Shown piece after piece: positions 36,851 to 48,315 of a stretch of DNA of 64,000 nt. The notes below the pieces were generated by a model. The model made no database searches and was not told the DNA's origin. It saw only the letters and a list, made by a program, of their open reading frames with translations. The DNA lies in NCBI RefSeq assembly GCF_006345805.1, contig NC_043003.1, forward strand, positions 37,634,001 to 37,698,000. The letters run 5' to 3'. Origin of the DNA: Octopus sinensis. Its lineage: Eukaryota. Numbering within the stretch: the stretch's first letter is position 1; the number at the start of each line of letters is the position of its first letter. The translations under genes and the position numbers were made by a program.

Positions 36851-37955
36851 ACTTCTTACATTTATACTTTATCTGTCTTTATACTTCCACCATATTATAG
36901 ACATTACGTTCTATCTGTCACTCTTCAGTTTATAAATCTAAATATTACATGATGGAGGCACTTACTGCATAATTCCTGAAGAATCACATCCAAGGTTCAA
37001 GACCAGCAAGTTCTATCCGCATATTTGGACAACTAGTTCCAGACATATATGTGCTTGTGCAGAGCTGGTTAAAGCTATCTGACAAATTCTAAAGTACTAG
37101 TTTCAAAAACTATATGTTAAAATGTAACAAAAATGAGATGATGACGATAAGAAAAATGATGACATCAACAAAAATGATGATGACTTTGATGATGATGATG
37201 ATGATGATTCTTTTCAGCTTATGGAGATTGTGAAAGCTGGTTCTTAATTACAGACTTGCAACTTGGTGAGCAGGACCAAGGAGTATTAAGTCTGCTCTGG
37301 GTCACAGCATTAAAATAGTGTCACCCCTTCTGTTGGTTAACCAGTAATTTCAGCCAATTATATTTCTCCATCAAACTAAGTTAATATATGCACAAGCACA
37401 GAAATAATAACTAGTTATGAAAATGCTTCTCTCCCTCTTGCTGTCTCTCTCTCTATATATAATACCTTCTAATCTAGGCACAATTCCTTTTCAATTTGTC
37501 AGAAGTTTTACATTTGATATAATATAAAATTTCAAGAAATTAGCTTAATTTTTTATTATTTTTGGACAAGCCCAATTTTTATAGCAGTGAAAATATAGCT
37601 GAGGGACTCAATACACGTATAGTTGAATGAATCAACACATGTATGGTTATTTTTCTATAAGAGGAGGAGTACAGTTGCAGGAATTAACTTGAGTGGTTAT
37701 TTGTATTTAGTTTATCAACTATGGAGATATAAACTCCAAAGTGAAACCCAAATAAAATTTGAGCATAAAATCAAAAACTGCAAACTATTCAGTCCAAATT
37801 TCCAACTGTTTCTGAAGATTTCATTATCCTTGATATTAAAATCAATATGGTAAAATTGTTAGCGCTCCGGGCAATATGCTTTACAACATTTCGTTTGTCT
37901 TTATGTTTTGAGTTACCGAGGTTGACTTACCTCTCCCTCAAAATTTCAGGAATAT

Positions 37956-38140
37956 GAAGGCGGCAAGCTGGCAAAAACGTTAGCACGCCGGGCGAACTGC
38001 GAGGTTGACTTTGCCTTTCATCCTTCCGGGGTTGATAAATTAAGTACCAGTTATGCACTGGGGTCGATGTAATCGACTTAATCCCTTTGTCTGTCCTTGT
38101 TTGTCTCCTCTGTGTTTAGCCCCTTGTGGGTAGTAACGAG
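37956..38140 (+). mobile_element. SINE family A with internal deletion of the B-box region
   Basis: Homology to 5646-5885; jumps from GGCGAACTGC to GAGGTTGAC. Confidence 0.85.
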
Positions 38141-38652
38141 ATATATATGTATCATCATTATTATCATGCTGTATCTGTTTTCCATGCTAGCATAAGTTGG
38201 ATAGGTCATCACAGTCTGAGTCAGTTCTTATTCAGAGTTATTGCTCTCCTGAACAGACTGGAGAACCACATCTTGCTTGTACATTTCATTATTTTGGCTT
38301 AGTTTCTACAACTGGATACTCTTCCTGTCATCAACCACTCTACAGATTATCTTGGGTAAATGTTATTATGGCACCAACACTTGACCCTATGTAGTCTCTG
38401 CTCATTTGCTGACCACTTTACAAGAAGAGTGTACAGGGTGCATTTTATAATTGTACTGGCTCTAGATGGGGTTGTCTTGTATCAAGTAAGGTTAGAGAGT
38501 CCTCACTGCCCTATGATGTACACTTCAGTAATGTATCCATGAGGGTGAACTCAAGATAGAGCTGTGATAGAAGAATCAGGAAGGATGTGTAACAGGATGA
38601 AAGGTCTGTAGCACTGGATGGGTGCAGCTCTGATCCTTTACATTAAAATATT

Positions 38653-39019
38653 AATCGAAGGACAGAATCAAGACTTCTGATTAACTTCAGCAGCATAAAT
38701 ATTTTATTTCTGGATTCACAATATATGCATTCTTCTTCGGGGCGAATCGGCAGCCTAGGAGCTCGTCACAGTAGTCAGGTGGAGTGAGCCAAATCCTGTC
38801 CGTTCAAGCATAGCGTAGCAACGCCATGAGGTGCAGCTTGAAAGAGCTGCTAAAACACGTCCGTCCTGTTCGGCTGTCAGCATTCGAGAGATCGATAGAA
38901 GGGAAATTTTGCTGCTGCTAGTTTTCTGTGCATGCGCATGAGGGAACTTCTGGCAGGCCCCTTGGAAGAATCCAACTCTGCGCATGCGTGCAGGAGATTT
39001 CCAAGATGTCGTCACTACA
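38653..39019 (-). mobile_element. Degenerate solo LTR
   Basis: Minus strand begins TGTAGTGACG; homologous at both ends to 61290-61688; no TSD found. Confidence 0.6.
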
Positions 39020-39408
39020 GATTGATTATGTTGCAAGAAGTGTGAGTAGAAAAAAAGAAAGAATGAATGGGTAGCAGACAGTAATAAGAGTAGAGGAGGG
39101 CTGATAGTAACTAGAGAGTGAAGGTGGTCAATGGTAATATAATTTCTGTTGTAATGGCAGTGGAGTGACAGAAAGAGCTTGAATGACAAGCAACATTTCA
39201 TTTTGTCCATTATCTTTGCTTCAGTATAATTCCTAAATGTTTACACTTTCATTTCCATCTATTATCATATTCTAGCATCTTCTATATGTGTTTAATACCT
39301 ACACTTCTTATACTGAATTAGTGCAACTGACTTGGTCCTTTTCTTATTTTGAGCCATTTTTCCAATGTGAAAAATCAATAATATTTGCTTTATCAATTTT
39401 ATTTTCAG

Positions 39409-39496
39409 TTTGCTAGTCTCCATGGCACCATTGAGCTATGAAGTAAAACCAGTTTGTAGTTGTACACCACAACATATAGGTCCTACGATTCCAGAG
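39409..39496 (+). CDS. FAM91A1: FAM91A1 exon 15 (88 nt, phase 2/0)
   Basis: tttcag|T..GAG|gtaag; [29 protein letters not shown]. Confidence 0.97.
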
Positions 39497-39810
39497 GTAA
39501 GAAAAGACATTTTTTTTTATTTTCCCGGTTAATCTCTCTTAGACTCTATTCATCAAGGCAGACAGACTAAAGCCAACAGAGTTATGTCCCTTCCCTAGCG
39601 GTACACCAAAATGGCCGTAGTAGGAAGGTTTTCAAACTGAACTTTTTCCATGCATCTTTTTTAAAAGACATTTATTTGTCAGCTTAGCTGGCTGAGGCAA
39701 ACAGAATAGTGTGGTAAAATCGTTGTGGTTGCAAAGTTTAAACTCAAGACTGTAATCAGTAGGCTACTTCCTTAAGTTCATATAGTCGTCTGATACAATG
39801 GATATGAATG

Positions 39811-40040
39811 TTAACCCTTTAGCATTTACATTATTCTGTCAAATGTTATGTTTATTTATTCGCATTGTTTTGAATTATTAATCATGCATTATCTCGTAGC
39901 TTCGAGATTTTGATGACGTGATTGTTTATTTTTAGAACGACATTGTAAGGGAAGTGCAAGAGGCTGGATCTGGCAAGTTAGAATCTAAAACATGTTGTAT
40001 ATTTGGGCCTGATATAGTTGGTTTAAATGCTAAAGGATGA
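39811..40040 (+). mobile_element. TTAA MITE family F
   Basis: Homology to 19166-19394; right end decayed. Confidence 0.85.
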
Positions 40041-40069
40041 AATGAAATATTGGCTTTTATTCAGTGGTG

Positions 40070-40089
40070 AATGTGTGTGTGTGTGTGTA

Positions 40090-40166
<77 letters not shown>
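40070..40166. repeat. Compound microsatellite (TG)n(AG)n
   Basis: Direct reading. Confidence 0.95.
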
Positions 40167-40169
<3 letters not shown>

Positions 40170-40904
40170 AGGTTTTAAAGAAGTTTGATCAATCTGACCT
40201 TAGCATTATTAGGATATTGCCTTTTGTAACAGATGAGTCTGTCTAGGATGGTACAGTAAGATAATGAGACTGCATAATTAGTGAGCTTAAACATTATGAT
40301 CACTCTAAGACCTAAATCATATTCATGCTTAATCTGAAGAAAATCACAAAGATTATGCCAACACTACTTAACCACTTTTTTGTAACTTTTTATTTTTTAC
40401 CATTATTTAAGTAGTCCAATACTTTATATCTTCAACTTCTGCTAAAACCAAATCCTGTAATCACATATAATTCCTTGGTCTTTGTCATTTAGATTTAAGT
40501 CAGCTTTAATTGAGCAAACTTATGATCAAAGACCTTCACATATGACCATTCCATATATTTCAAGTATATTTTGACTTAGATTATCCAGTATGTCCTTAAC
40601 TTTTTTTCAAGACAGTAAGATCTCATTTGAGAGGGATCAACTATTTCTTGCAAGTCAAGGATTCACATAGAGGCTTCCTCAGTAACCCAAATGTTTCAAT
40701 ATAATTCATAAAGCAGTAATAGTAATCAACATTTTATCAAAAGACCTATTTTAGCACCTCATCACCTCATTAACCCTTCACAATCTTTGTTTTTAAATAT
40801 TTAAATATAAAACAATTTTATAAAATTAGAATTTCGTACTTTTCTTGAAGAAAATGTTGGTAATGACCAAAACAGTGTCATTGCAAATATGAACAGCCAG
40901 CTGT

Positions 40905-41219
40905 GATACCAGTGCCGGTGGTATGTAAGAGAACCATCTGAACGTGGCCGTTGCCAGCACTGCCCCGACTGGCATTGTGCCGGTGGCACGTAAAAAGCAC
41001 CATCCGATTGTGGCCATTGCCAGCCTCACCTGGCCCCCGTGCCGGTGGCACGTAAAAAGCACCCACTACACTCACGGAGTGGTTGGCGTTAGAAAGGGCA
41101 TCCAGCTGTAGAAACATTGCCAGATCAGACTGGGCCTGGTGCAGCCTTCTGGCTTCCCAGACCCCAGTTGAACCGTCCAACCCATGCTAGCATGGAAAGC
41201 GGATGCTAAATGATGATGA
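40905..41219 (+). mobile_element. Family C element
   Basis: Tandem units plus RTE-type (GAT)n tail. Confidence 0.85.
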
Positions 41220-41229
41220 AAATGGGGTT

Positions 41230-41610
41230 CCTCCAAAAAATCTCTGAAGTAATGTCACTCGACAGGATAGCTCAGTGATTAGGGAGTCTCTCCAGGTTGA
41301 GCTGCTACTTCTCTGCATTTGGAGGCCACAGCTCCCACACCACTGATACGTGATGTAATTAGAATATTGCAGGAAAGAATTGCAAGAAGGATTCTTCAAG
41401 CTGAACCAACCAACAGAAGATAAAGGGATAGACCAAGAATGAAATGATTGGAGAATACCCTTAGTCTCAGTTGGTCATGCTTCGGAATCCAGTCAGAAAG
41501 TCTAATGACAATTGCATCTGACAGGACTCTATAGAGGAAATGCCTGATTACTCTACCCCTACAAACCTCCGAGGAACAGTGAACACAGAAAATGGATGAA
41601 TGGAATATTC
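41230..41610 (+). mobile_element. RTE-clade LINE 3' relic
   Basis: LQERIARRILQAEPTNRR*RDRPRMK*LENTLSLSWSCFGI. Confidence 0.8.
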
Positions 41611-42010
41611 TTCAGTTTTTAAATGTTGTAATTTTTGTATTTCATTTTTTATATAACCTTTATTATTTTTTTTTGTGTAACATATTCATGAACGTTTTAT
41701 AGTTTATCAAATTTTTTTTTTGAAACAAAAAGAGTTTTTGTTGTTGCAAACCTTTCAAAATTACATTTTGATTATAGGCTGGGAACTTCTAAGTTTAGTC
41801 TACTCAGCTCTTCAATTTGTTCTGGTATTTTTGTACCTTCTATTTATTACCACCTGTATGATTAGAAAATTTGTCTCAATCCCTTTAAAAATGATATTTT
41901 ATTTGATAAAACATACAAACAAAACAAAGTGAAAGAATCCTTGGTTAATTATTTCCTGTAATTCTTTGAAGATGTTTACCACCCATGAAACTTTTGAATT
42001 TCTTCAACAG

Positions 42011-42121
42011 GTTAACTCAGTATGGTTCAAGTTGTTTATATACCACTTGACTGGGAGTGGGCCACCATCAGTATTATTAGTAAAAGGTACAAAACTGAGG
42101 CGGTTACCAGCAATATTTCAG
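42011..42121 (+). CDS. FAM91A1: FAM91A1 exon 16 (111 nt, phase 0/0)
   Basis: caacag|GTT..CAG|gtatg; [37 protein letters not shown]. Confidence 0.97.
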
Positions 42122-42415
42122 GTATGTACTTTTATAGTTTCTATTGTTACAAGATCAGATGTTTGTTAGGTGAGGATATTGGACTACAGTTGATTTAGCT
42201 GACCCTAGTATTTGGTTTTACTTATTTTAAGTCACACATTTGTAGTGAAAGGGTGTCATTTCATTAATATCAACCCCAGTACATGATTATATTTTCCCCA
42301 ATAGAATGAAATCAAAGTCAATTATAGTAAGATTCCAATTATTCTATACATGTTTAGTCTAGTGTTTTACTACTTCAATGCATTTAAACTTGTGTTGCTT
42401 AACAGTCATTTCCTC

Positions 42416-42417
<2 letters not shown>

Positions 42418-42461
<44 letters not shown>
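42418..42461. repeat. (AAT)n microsatellite
   Basis: Direct reading. Confidence 0.95.
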
Positions 42462-42462
<1 letters not shown>

Positions 42463-43789
42463 TCTTTCTGCTATAGATATGAGTCTTGAAATTTTGGGGG
42501 AGGAGGTTGTTGATTACTTCAATCCCATATCTGACTGATATTTTATTTGACCTAACCTGAAAATATTAAGGGCAAAGATGGCCTCAGCAGCATTTAAACT
42601 GATGTAGCATTAGCAGGGCAGTCGAGTTACTTCGCCCCAGTGTAGTAGCACACTGGTGCTGCATTCCACTGTTCTTTAAAAGCTAACAGCAGAGGAAGAC
42701 ACATGATGACTTCTGCCCAGAGTAATAACTCACTTTTCAAAGGCATTTTATCCAGTCGCTGTCTAAATGTCGGAACATTAACATCTGGTTCCCTTTCGCC
42801 ACTGCTTTATCCCATACAGATGTAGAAAATAAACTATTGACAAGTTTGTGGCCTGTCATACTATGGGATTTCTACCTCACCTCACTACTACTTCAAAATT
42901 CATTGGATAATTTAGATTTGCTGCCAAGTACTGGAACTAACTACTTTGATGTGTATTAAGGAATTAACTCATGCCTTCTACACCCTGTTGTCTCATATAC
43001 TTATCTCTGTTGTGCTGGCTACTTCATGTGTGAGCAAGGAGTAAATTATGTTTGTTAACCAAAAACATTACCTTCTGATTTTTATCGTTACCTTTATGTA
43101 GAGCATGCATTTATACGTTTCTAGACTGGTAAAGCCCAACTCTTAATTTACCTCTTGTTACACTCATAACATAAAGAGCCAATAGAAATACCACAAAGTA
43201 TTTTAACTTATGCATGGTTATGATTCTATTCACTTGCTACCTTAATAATAATAATAATAATTACATTGAAGAGGATGATAATGAGGATGATCTCTAACTG
43301 ATGAATAAAGTCACAAATTCGGTGACATGGCTTTTCTAATTCACATCAGTTCTGGATTTGTACATATTTTATTGATCTCCTGGAAGGATGAAAGGAGAAG
43401 TTGACCTCTGAGAAATTTGAACTGAGAACATAAAAGGGTTCTAATTGAAAACTGCAAGGCATATTTTGTTGGGCTCTCTACAGATACTGTTTTTTACAAA
43501 ATTAACAGGTAAATTAGGACAAATAGTAGTTTTTAGTTGGAACTACTCTCATTTTCCCCCCACATCATTATGTACCTTGCCCTGTGGTAACAATACAATC
43601 CCAAAGTCTTAGTTTAAACTCATGTAATTTGGTCAGTGATATTGTAAATCAAATCAATAAACACTCAGAGAGTATTACACAGTATTGTCAGAGCAATTTA
43701 AAGTATCTCCTTCTCTTACTCCAAAACTTGTTTGTTCTTCACTTCTACAAATTCCATATATGTACATAAATTATTCATATCATTATCAT

Positions 43790-44040
43790 CATTTTAACAT
43801 CCACTTTTCCATGCTTGCATGGGTCAAATGGAGTTTACTGAAGCTAATTTCCTATTACCAAATGCTTTCCTTGTCACCAACCCTCACTTGTTTCCAAATG
43901 AAGTAATGTTTTCCCATGGCTGGAAATGAATGACACTGCTTGTGTGACAGTGACATTCATTTACAACTATCATGTGAAGTTTAGAGAAGGTAACACAAAC
44001 ATACACATACTCACACATACATATGTACACACACACTCAC
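43790..44040 (-). mobile_element. SINE family D2 tail
   Basis: Reverse complement of 34440-34656. Confidence 0.8.
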
Positions 44041-44254
44041 ACACATGCACACATGTATAAACATTCACATACACAATGACATGTATTCATATGCATATAG
44101 TCATATGTGTGTATGTGTATATAATATATATATAAAGTTTAAATACATATGTGTACAAATAAATATGCAACAAACTTGAAACTGGAAATAAATACATACA
44201 CAGATAATTTACCAGATATTTAGGAAAAACTTTTTCTCTGTTATTTCTGCACAG

Positions 44255-44368
44255 GAATATGACCGTCTTTTGGTAACAACATGGGACCATGACCCCGGTG
44301 TGATAGCTTCATCAAATATTTTAATGACATTAAATGATGCTCTTTCTCATTCTGCTGTTCTTATCCAG
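44255..44368 (+). CDS. FAM91A1: FAM91A1 exon 17 (114 nt, phase 0/0)
   Basis: gcacag|GAA..CAG|gtatg; [38 protein letters not shown]. Confidence 0.97.
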
Positions 44369-44489
44369 GTATGTTTACTGACTTATCTTTTGATCTCTGA
44401 TTTCCCATCACTTCCTGGTTCCTTGGTACCACAATAGCACTACCTTTACATTACATTAACCTTACCAAACAGAAATATTCATCATCATC

Positions 44490-45055
44490 ATCATCATCAC
44501 CACATCCATTTTTTTCATGCTTGCATGGGCCAGGCAGAATTTGTTGAAGCAGATTTTCCTATGGCTGGATGCCCTTCCTGTTGTCAGCCCTCAACTGCTT
44601 CCTAGAAAAGTAATGTTTCCTCTTGGCCAGACATATTTCTTACAGCTTTGTTTGTATTCTTCAGTTTCCGTCTACCAAATCCACTCACAAAGCTTTGGTT
44701 GGCTCAAGGCTATAGTAGAAGACACTTGCCCAAGGTGCCATGTAGTGGGATTGAACCCCGGAACCATGTGGTTGGGAAGCTTCTTATCACACATCCATGC
44801 TTGCACCTATGTATGTTGATGAAGTTCATTTACAACCATCACAAAACAAGACAATGATATACACAGATGCATGTACATACACACATACATAAATACATAT
44901 ATAACAGGCTTCTTTCAGTTTCTATCTACTAAACCCACTCACAAGGCTTTGGTCGACCTAGGACTGTAGTAGATGTTTGCTTAAGGTGCTGCACAGGAGT
45001 ACTGAGCCCATGGGTGTATGTTGAGAAGCAAGCTTGTCAGCCACATAGCCACATC
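44490..45055 (-). mobile_element. Nested or compound family D SINE copies
   Basis: D2 tail at 44490-44640, head at 44650-44810, remainder of tail and second head to ~45055. Confidence 0.75.
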
Positions 45056-45810
45056 TGTCATTTGATCAGCTGTTGCAAACTCTGTGTGATCTGTTCTATG
45101 TGGTAAACTTAATTTGTGATATGATCATATGTGATCTTCTTATCTGTGGTGAGCTCAGTCTGTGATCTGATCATTTGCAGTGAATTCAGTTTGATGATCA
45201 GTGATGAATGCAATTTGTTATCTAATCACTTGCAGTGAACTTGTTTGTGATTAATCATCTACCACGAATTCAACTTTACTAAAGCAATGATAGATCAACA
45301 GCCCTCCATTCATCATTCTGATTTTAAAATAATCCTACAAAGATCTTGGGATTGTTTGTAGTTGCAACTTTGTTTAAAATAGATTAAAATCTGGTATCTG
45401 AGGAAAATGGTGAGGTCCTGCATTGGGAATAATGGCTATAAATCCTATTGGACCATCTATTATTAAAACATTAGGTGTTTTCACTTTTCATGGCAACTAA
45501 ACTTAATAATATCTCAATATTTTGTATGATTTTGTTAATAATAGGAACTCCGGTTTCAAAATTATCTTACAAACAAAATACTGATTTTATACTCAAAAAC
45601 TGACACTCATTTACATTTAGTTTTCATATCAACATTGGCTGGATTTTGAATGTAATCATTATTTAATTACAAAGAAATGAGAATTAGCTCATGTAGTCAT
45701 CATCATTTGCATCATCTCCATCTCTCTCCCTCTCTCTCACACACAAACACACACATGCTTTATGTAACAGTTTTCTATTTTTTCTTTTCTTTCAACCAAT
45801 TTTCAAATAG

Positions 45811-45889
45811 GCCCATGGTTGGGAAACTGATGGTAACACAATCTTTGTGCCGTTTCCTCTAAACGACAAAAATGGTTACCCTTCATCAG
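45811..45889 (+). CDS. FAM91A1: FAM91A1 exon 18 (79 nt, phase 0/1)
   Basis: aaatag|GCC..TCA G|gtgag; AHGWETDGNTIFVPFPLNDKNGYPSS. Confidence 0.94.
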
Positions 45890-46088
45890 GTGAGTCGATG
45901 AAACTTGAAAGTATAAATAAAATTTTTGCATTTTCTACATCACTTAAAGTTTTCAATCCAATTCAATCTAATTTATTGTCATTTTTCTGGGGAAAATGGA
46001 TTTAATTTTCTCCTCTATGCTTGCTTCTGTTTATATCTACATCTTTATTGTTTTTGTTGTTGCAGCTAGACTCCCTACAGAGAGTTTT

Positions 46089-46311
46089 TTAACCCTTTCT
46101 TTACTGTATTTATTTTGAGATATTCTGTGTTTGTTTCAATTACTTTAAATATAACAAAGAATTTAGTAAAATAACTTAGTTATCATTCAGCTAGTGTTAG
46201 GAATATAAATTTTGACTCAGGTTTGGTAGAAGATTTTAATTCAAAACTTATGGAAACGAGACTGTACTCATACAGAGCCGGTTTCAGCCGGGTTGGTAAC
46301 GAAAGGGTTAA
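46089..46311. mobile_element. TTAA MITE family E
   Basis: TTAA|CCCTTTCTTAC..GGTAACGAAAGGG|TTAA; homologous to 55281-55506. Confidence 0.88.
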
Positions 46312-46450
46312 ATGATAAGACAGGATTTAATTTAGGGCCATATTTCTATGCTGGTTGTAATTAAAATTAAATTTTCCGTGTCAGTTAGATTGTGTAAAGT
46401 AGTCCATTGAAATAATTTTTGGATTATAATTTGTTTTGATTTGCTTTCAG

Positions 46451-47009
46451 GAAAATTCTCTCTGAAAAATTCACAATACCATAAGGCTGTTCAAAAACTT
46501 TCTAAATCAATAGATCTACAACACACATGTGGCTATATAACATTATTGAACATTGGTAAACCTGGTCATCCATCATCAGTGGATGTTTTGGGGGCCAACT
46601 TCAGTCAGAATCTAATTCTTTCATCTGAGACTGATTCTGACTTAAAATGTGACGAGAAGGAACTCAATGTGACCAGCTTTGACAATAGTTACAATGAGCT
46701 GGGTAATTTGCAACAACATTCAGATGCTCCCTGCAATGGCATTAAAAACCAAGCTTGTGCTGATATACTTTCAAATGAATTGGATAATCTGCAGAATCAA
46801 CAAATGGACCACAGTAACATTGCTCGAGATAACCTCACTTTAAACATCATTCCACCTTCTGAACAGGACCAAGACGAGAGTACTGTAGAGGACAGTGAAG
46901 ACACATGGCTTCTGCTAGACTGTTTCTTTGGCATTCCACTATTTGAGTCTAAGCTCAACAAAGAGGTTTGCCAGAGAGTTGCATCTGGGAAACTATGTAC
47001 CAATGAAAG
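46451..47009 (+). CDS. FAM91A1: FAM91A1 exon 19 (559 nt, phase 1/2)
   Basis: tttcag|GA..GAA AG|gttag; HKAVQKLSKSIDLQHTCGYITLLN..DTWLLLDCFFGIPLFESKLNKEVCQRVASGKLCTNE (within track ORF 46441..47076). Confidence 0.96.
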
Positions 47010-47414
47010 GTTAGTAATATTTTGTATATTAGTGGGAGGAGTTATACAGTTCTATGTATGTGCGCATGGTAACTAGGGTTTCATATCGAGGTAACTGCAG
47101 TTGTCAATAGACAATCGCAGCTGCTTCAGTAGCCTGCTAGAAATGGCAGTAAAATCTCGCTTAAATCATACCACAGTGTTTTTTTGTTTTTTTTAAAACA
47201 AACCCATCATATTAGTCAAAACAGTCTTAAATAGATTATGTCTGGTGGGTGAGTTAAGTCTGGAGTATCTTTGATTAAAGGTCTGCCAGATGATAGCTGA
47301 TCTCAAGTTAATCAACAATACACACATGTAATAGGTTTGTTCTGTAAGAGCTGACCTGGGAACACAGAACAACAAAAAGAACTGCAACCACACACACACA
47401 TACACACACATATG

Positions 47415-47820
47415 GTTGTGTGACTAAGAAGTTGACTTTGCAGCCACATGATTTTGGGTTCAATACTAGTGCATGACACTTTGGGTGAGTGTCTTCTGTA
47501 TCCTCAGGTTGACCAGTCTCAGAAACTATTGTGATGAAATTTGGTAGATAGAAATTATATGAAAGTACATTACGTGTGTGTGCATTTATCTCTGTCTTTA
47601 CAATGACATCACTGAAGCAATGGTGATGTTATGTTCTGCATAAAGAAAATGTCTGGCAGCTTGGTGGGTCATGTGTGAAGAGGTACAGTAAAATTCTGGA
47701 CTTGAAAACAAGAGTTGGTGTCCAGAAAGGCATCTAGCCATAGAATACTGCCTTAAGAAGTCCCATCCAATTTCTGCCAGCATGAAAAAAGTTAGCATAA
47801 AAATGATGATGGTGATGATG
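47415..47820 (+). mobile_element. SINE family D2, degenerate
   Basis: tRNA head + (TG)n + decayed RTE-like tail. Confidence 0.7.
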
Positions 47821-47994
47821 GTGTCACTACCAGTGACAACAACGTGGTCATGCATGTATAAAATCTTACATTAATTTTTGTATGAAATAAAGGAAATTTA
47901 TCTGCAAACATTTATAAGTATGTCTACATTCATCACTACTTTCATCATCAACAACACTACATTATATAGTATTTTGTATATCTTAATGTGAATA

Positions 47995-48315
47995 TACGAG
48001 GGTGAATCAAAAAGTAATGCCATTTTGTTAAGACAAGTATAATTACCAACACAGGAACATGTATCATACATCAAAATGAAGCTGGTCCTCTGTGGATCAC
48101 ATCCCTACTTCTCAACATAGTCACTGTTTCTCTCAATAGCAATGTTCCACCTTCGAATGAGAGCATGTATCCCTGCCCTGTAAAATTCTGTTGACTGTTC
48201 TTTGAGCCACTTCTTCACTACAGTTTTCACTTCCTCGTCACTGGAATAATGTCTGCCTCTCAAACCCATCTTTCGTGGCACCGAAGAGATGATAGTCTGA
48301 AGGCGCTAAATCTGG
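47995..48315 (-). mobile_element. Mariner 3' end with terminal repeat
   Basis: TACGAGGGTGAATCAAAAAGTAATGCC terminus; PDLAPSDYHLFG..HYSSDEEVKTVVKKWLKEQSTEFYRAGIHALIRRWNIAIERNSDYVEK*. Confidence 0.88.

Noticed and set aside
38755-39210. 151-aa minus-strand ORF (and 61454-61771)
   Set aside because: Chance ORFs across the GC-rich LTR sequence.
45853-45890. Antisense CTGATGA..GAAAC overlapping exon 18
   Set aside because: No stem II complementarity; explained by coding sequence.
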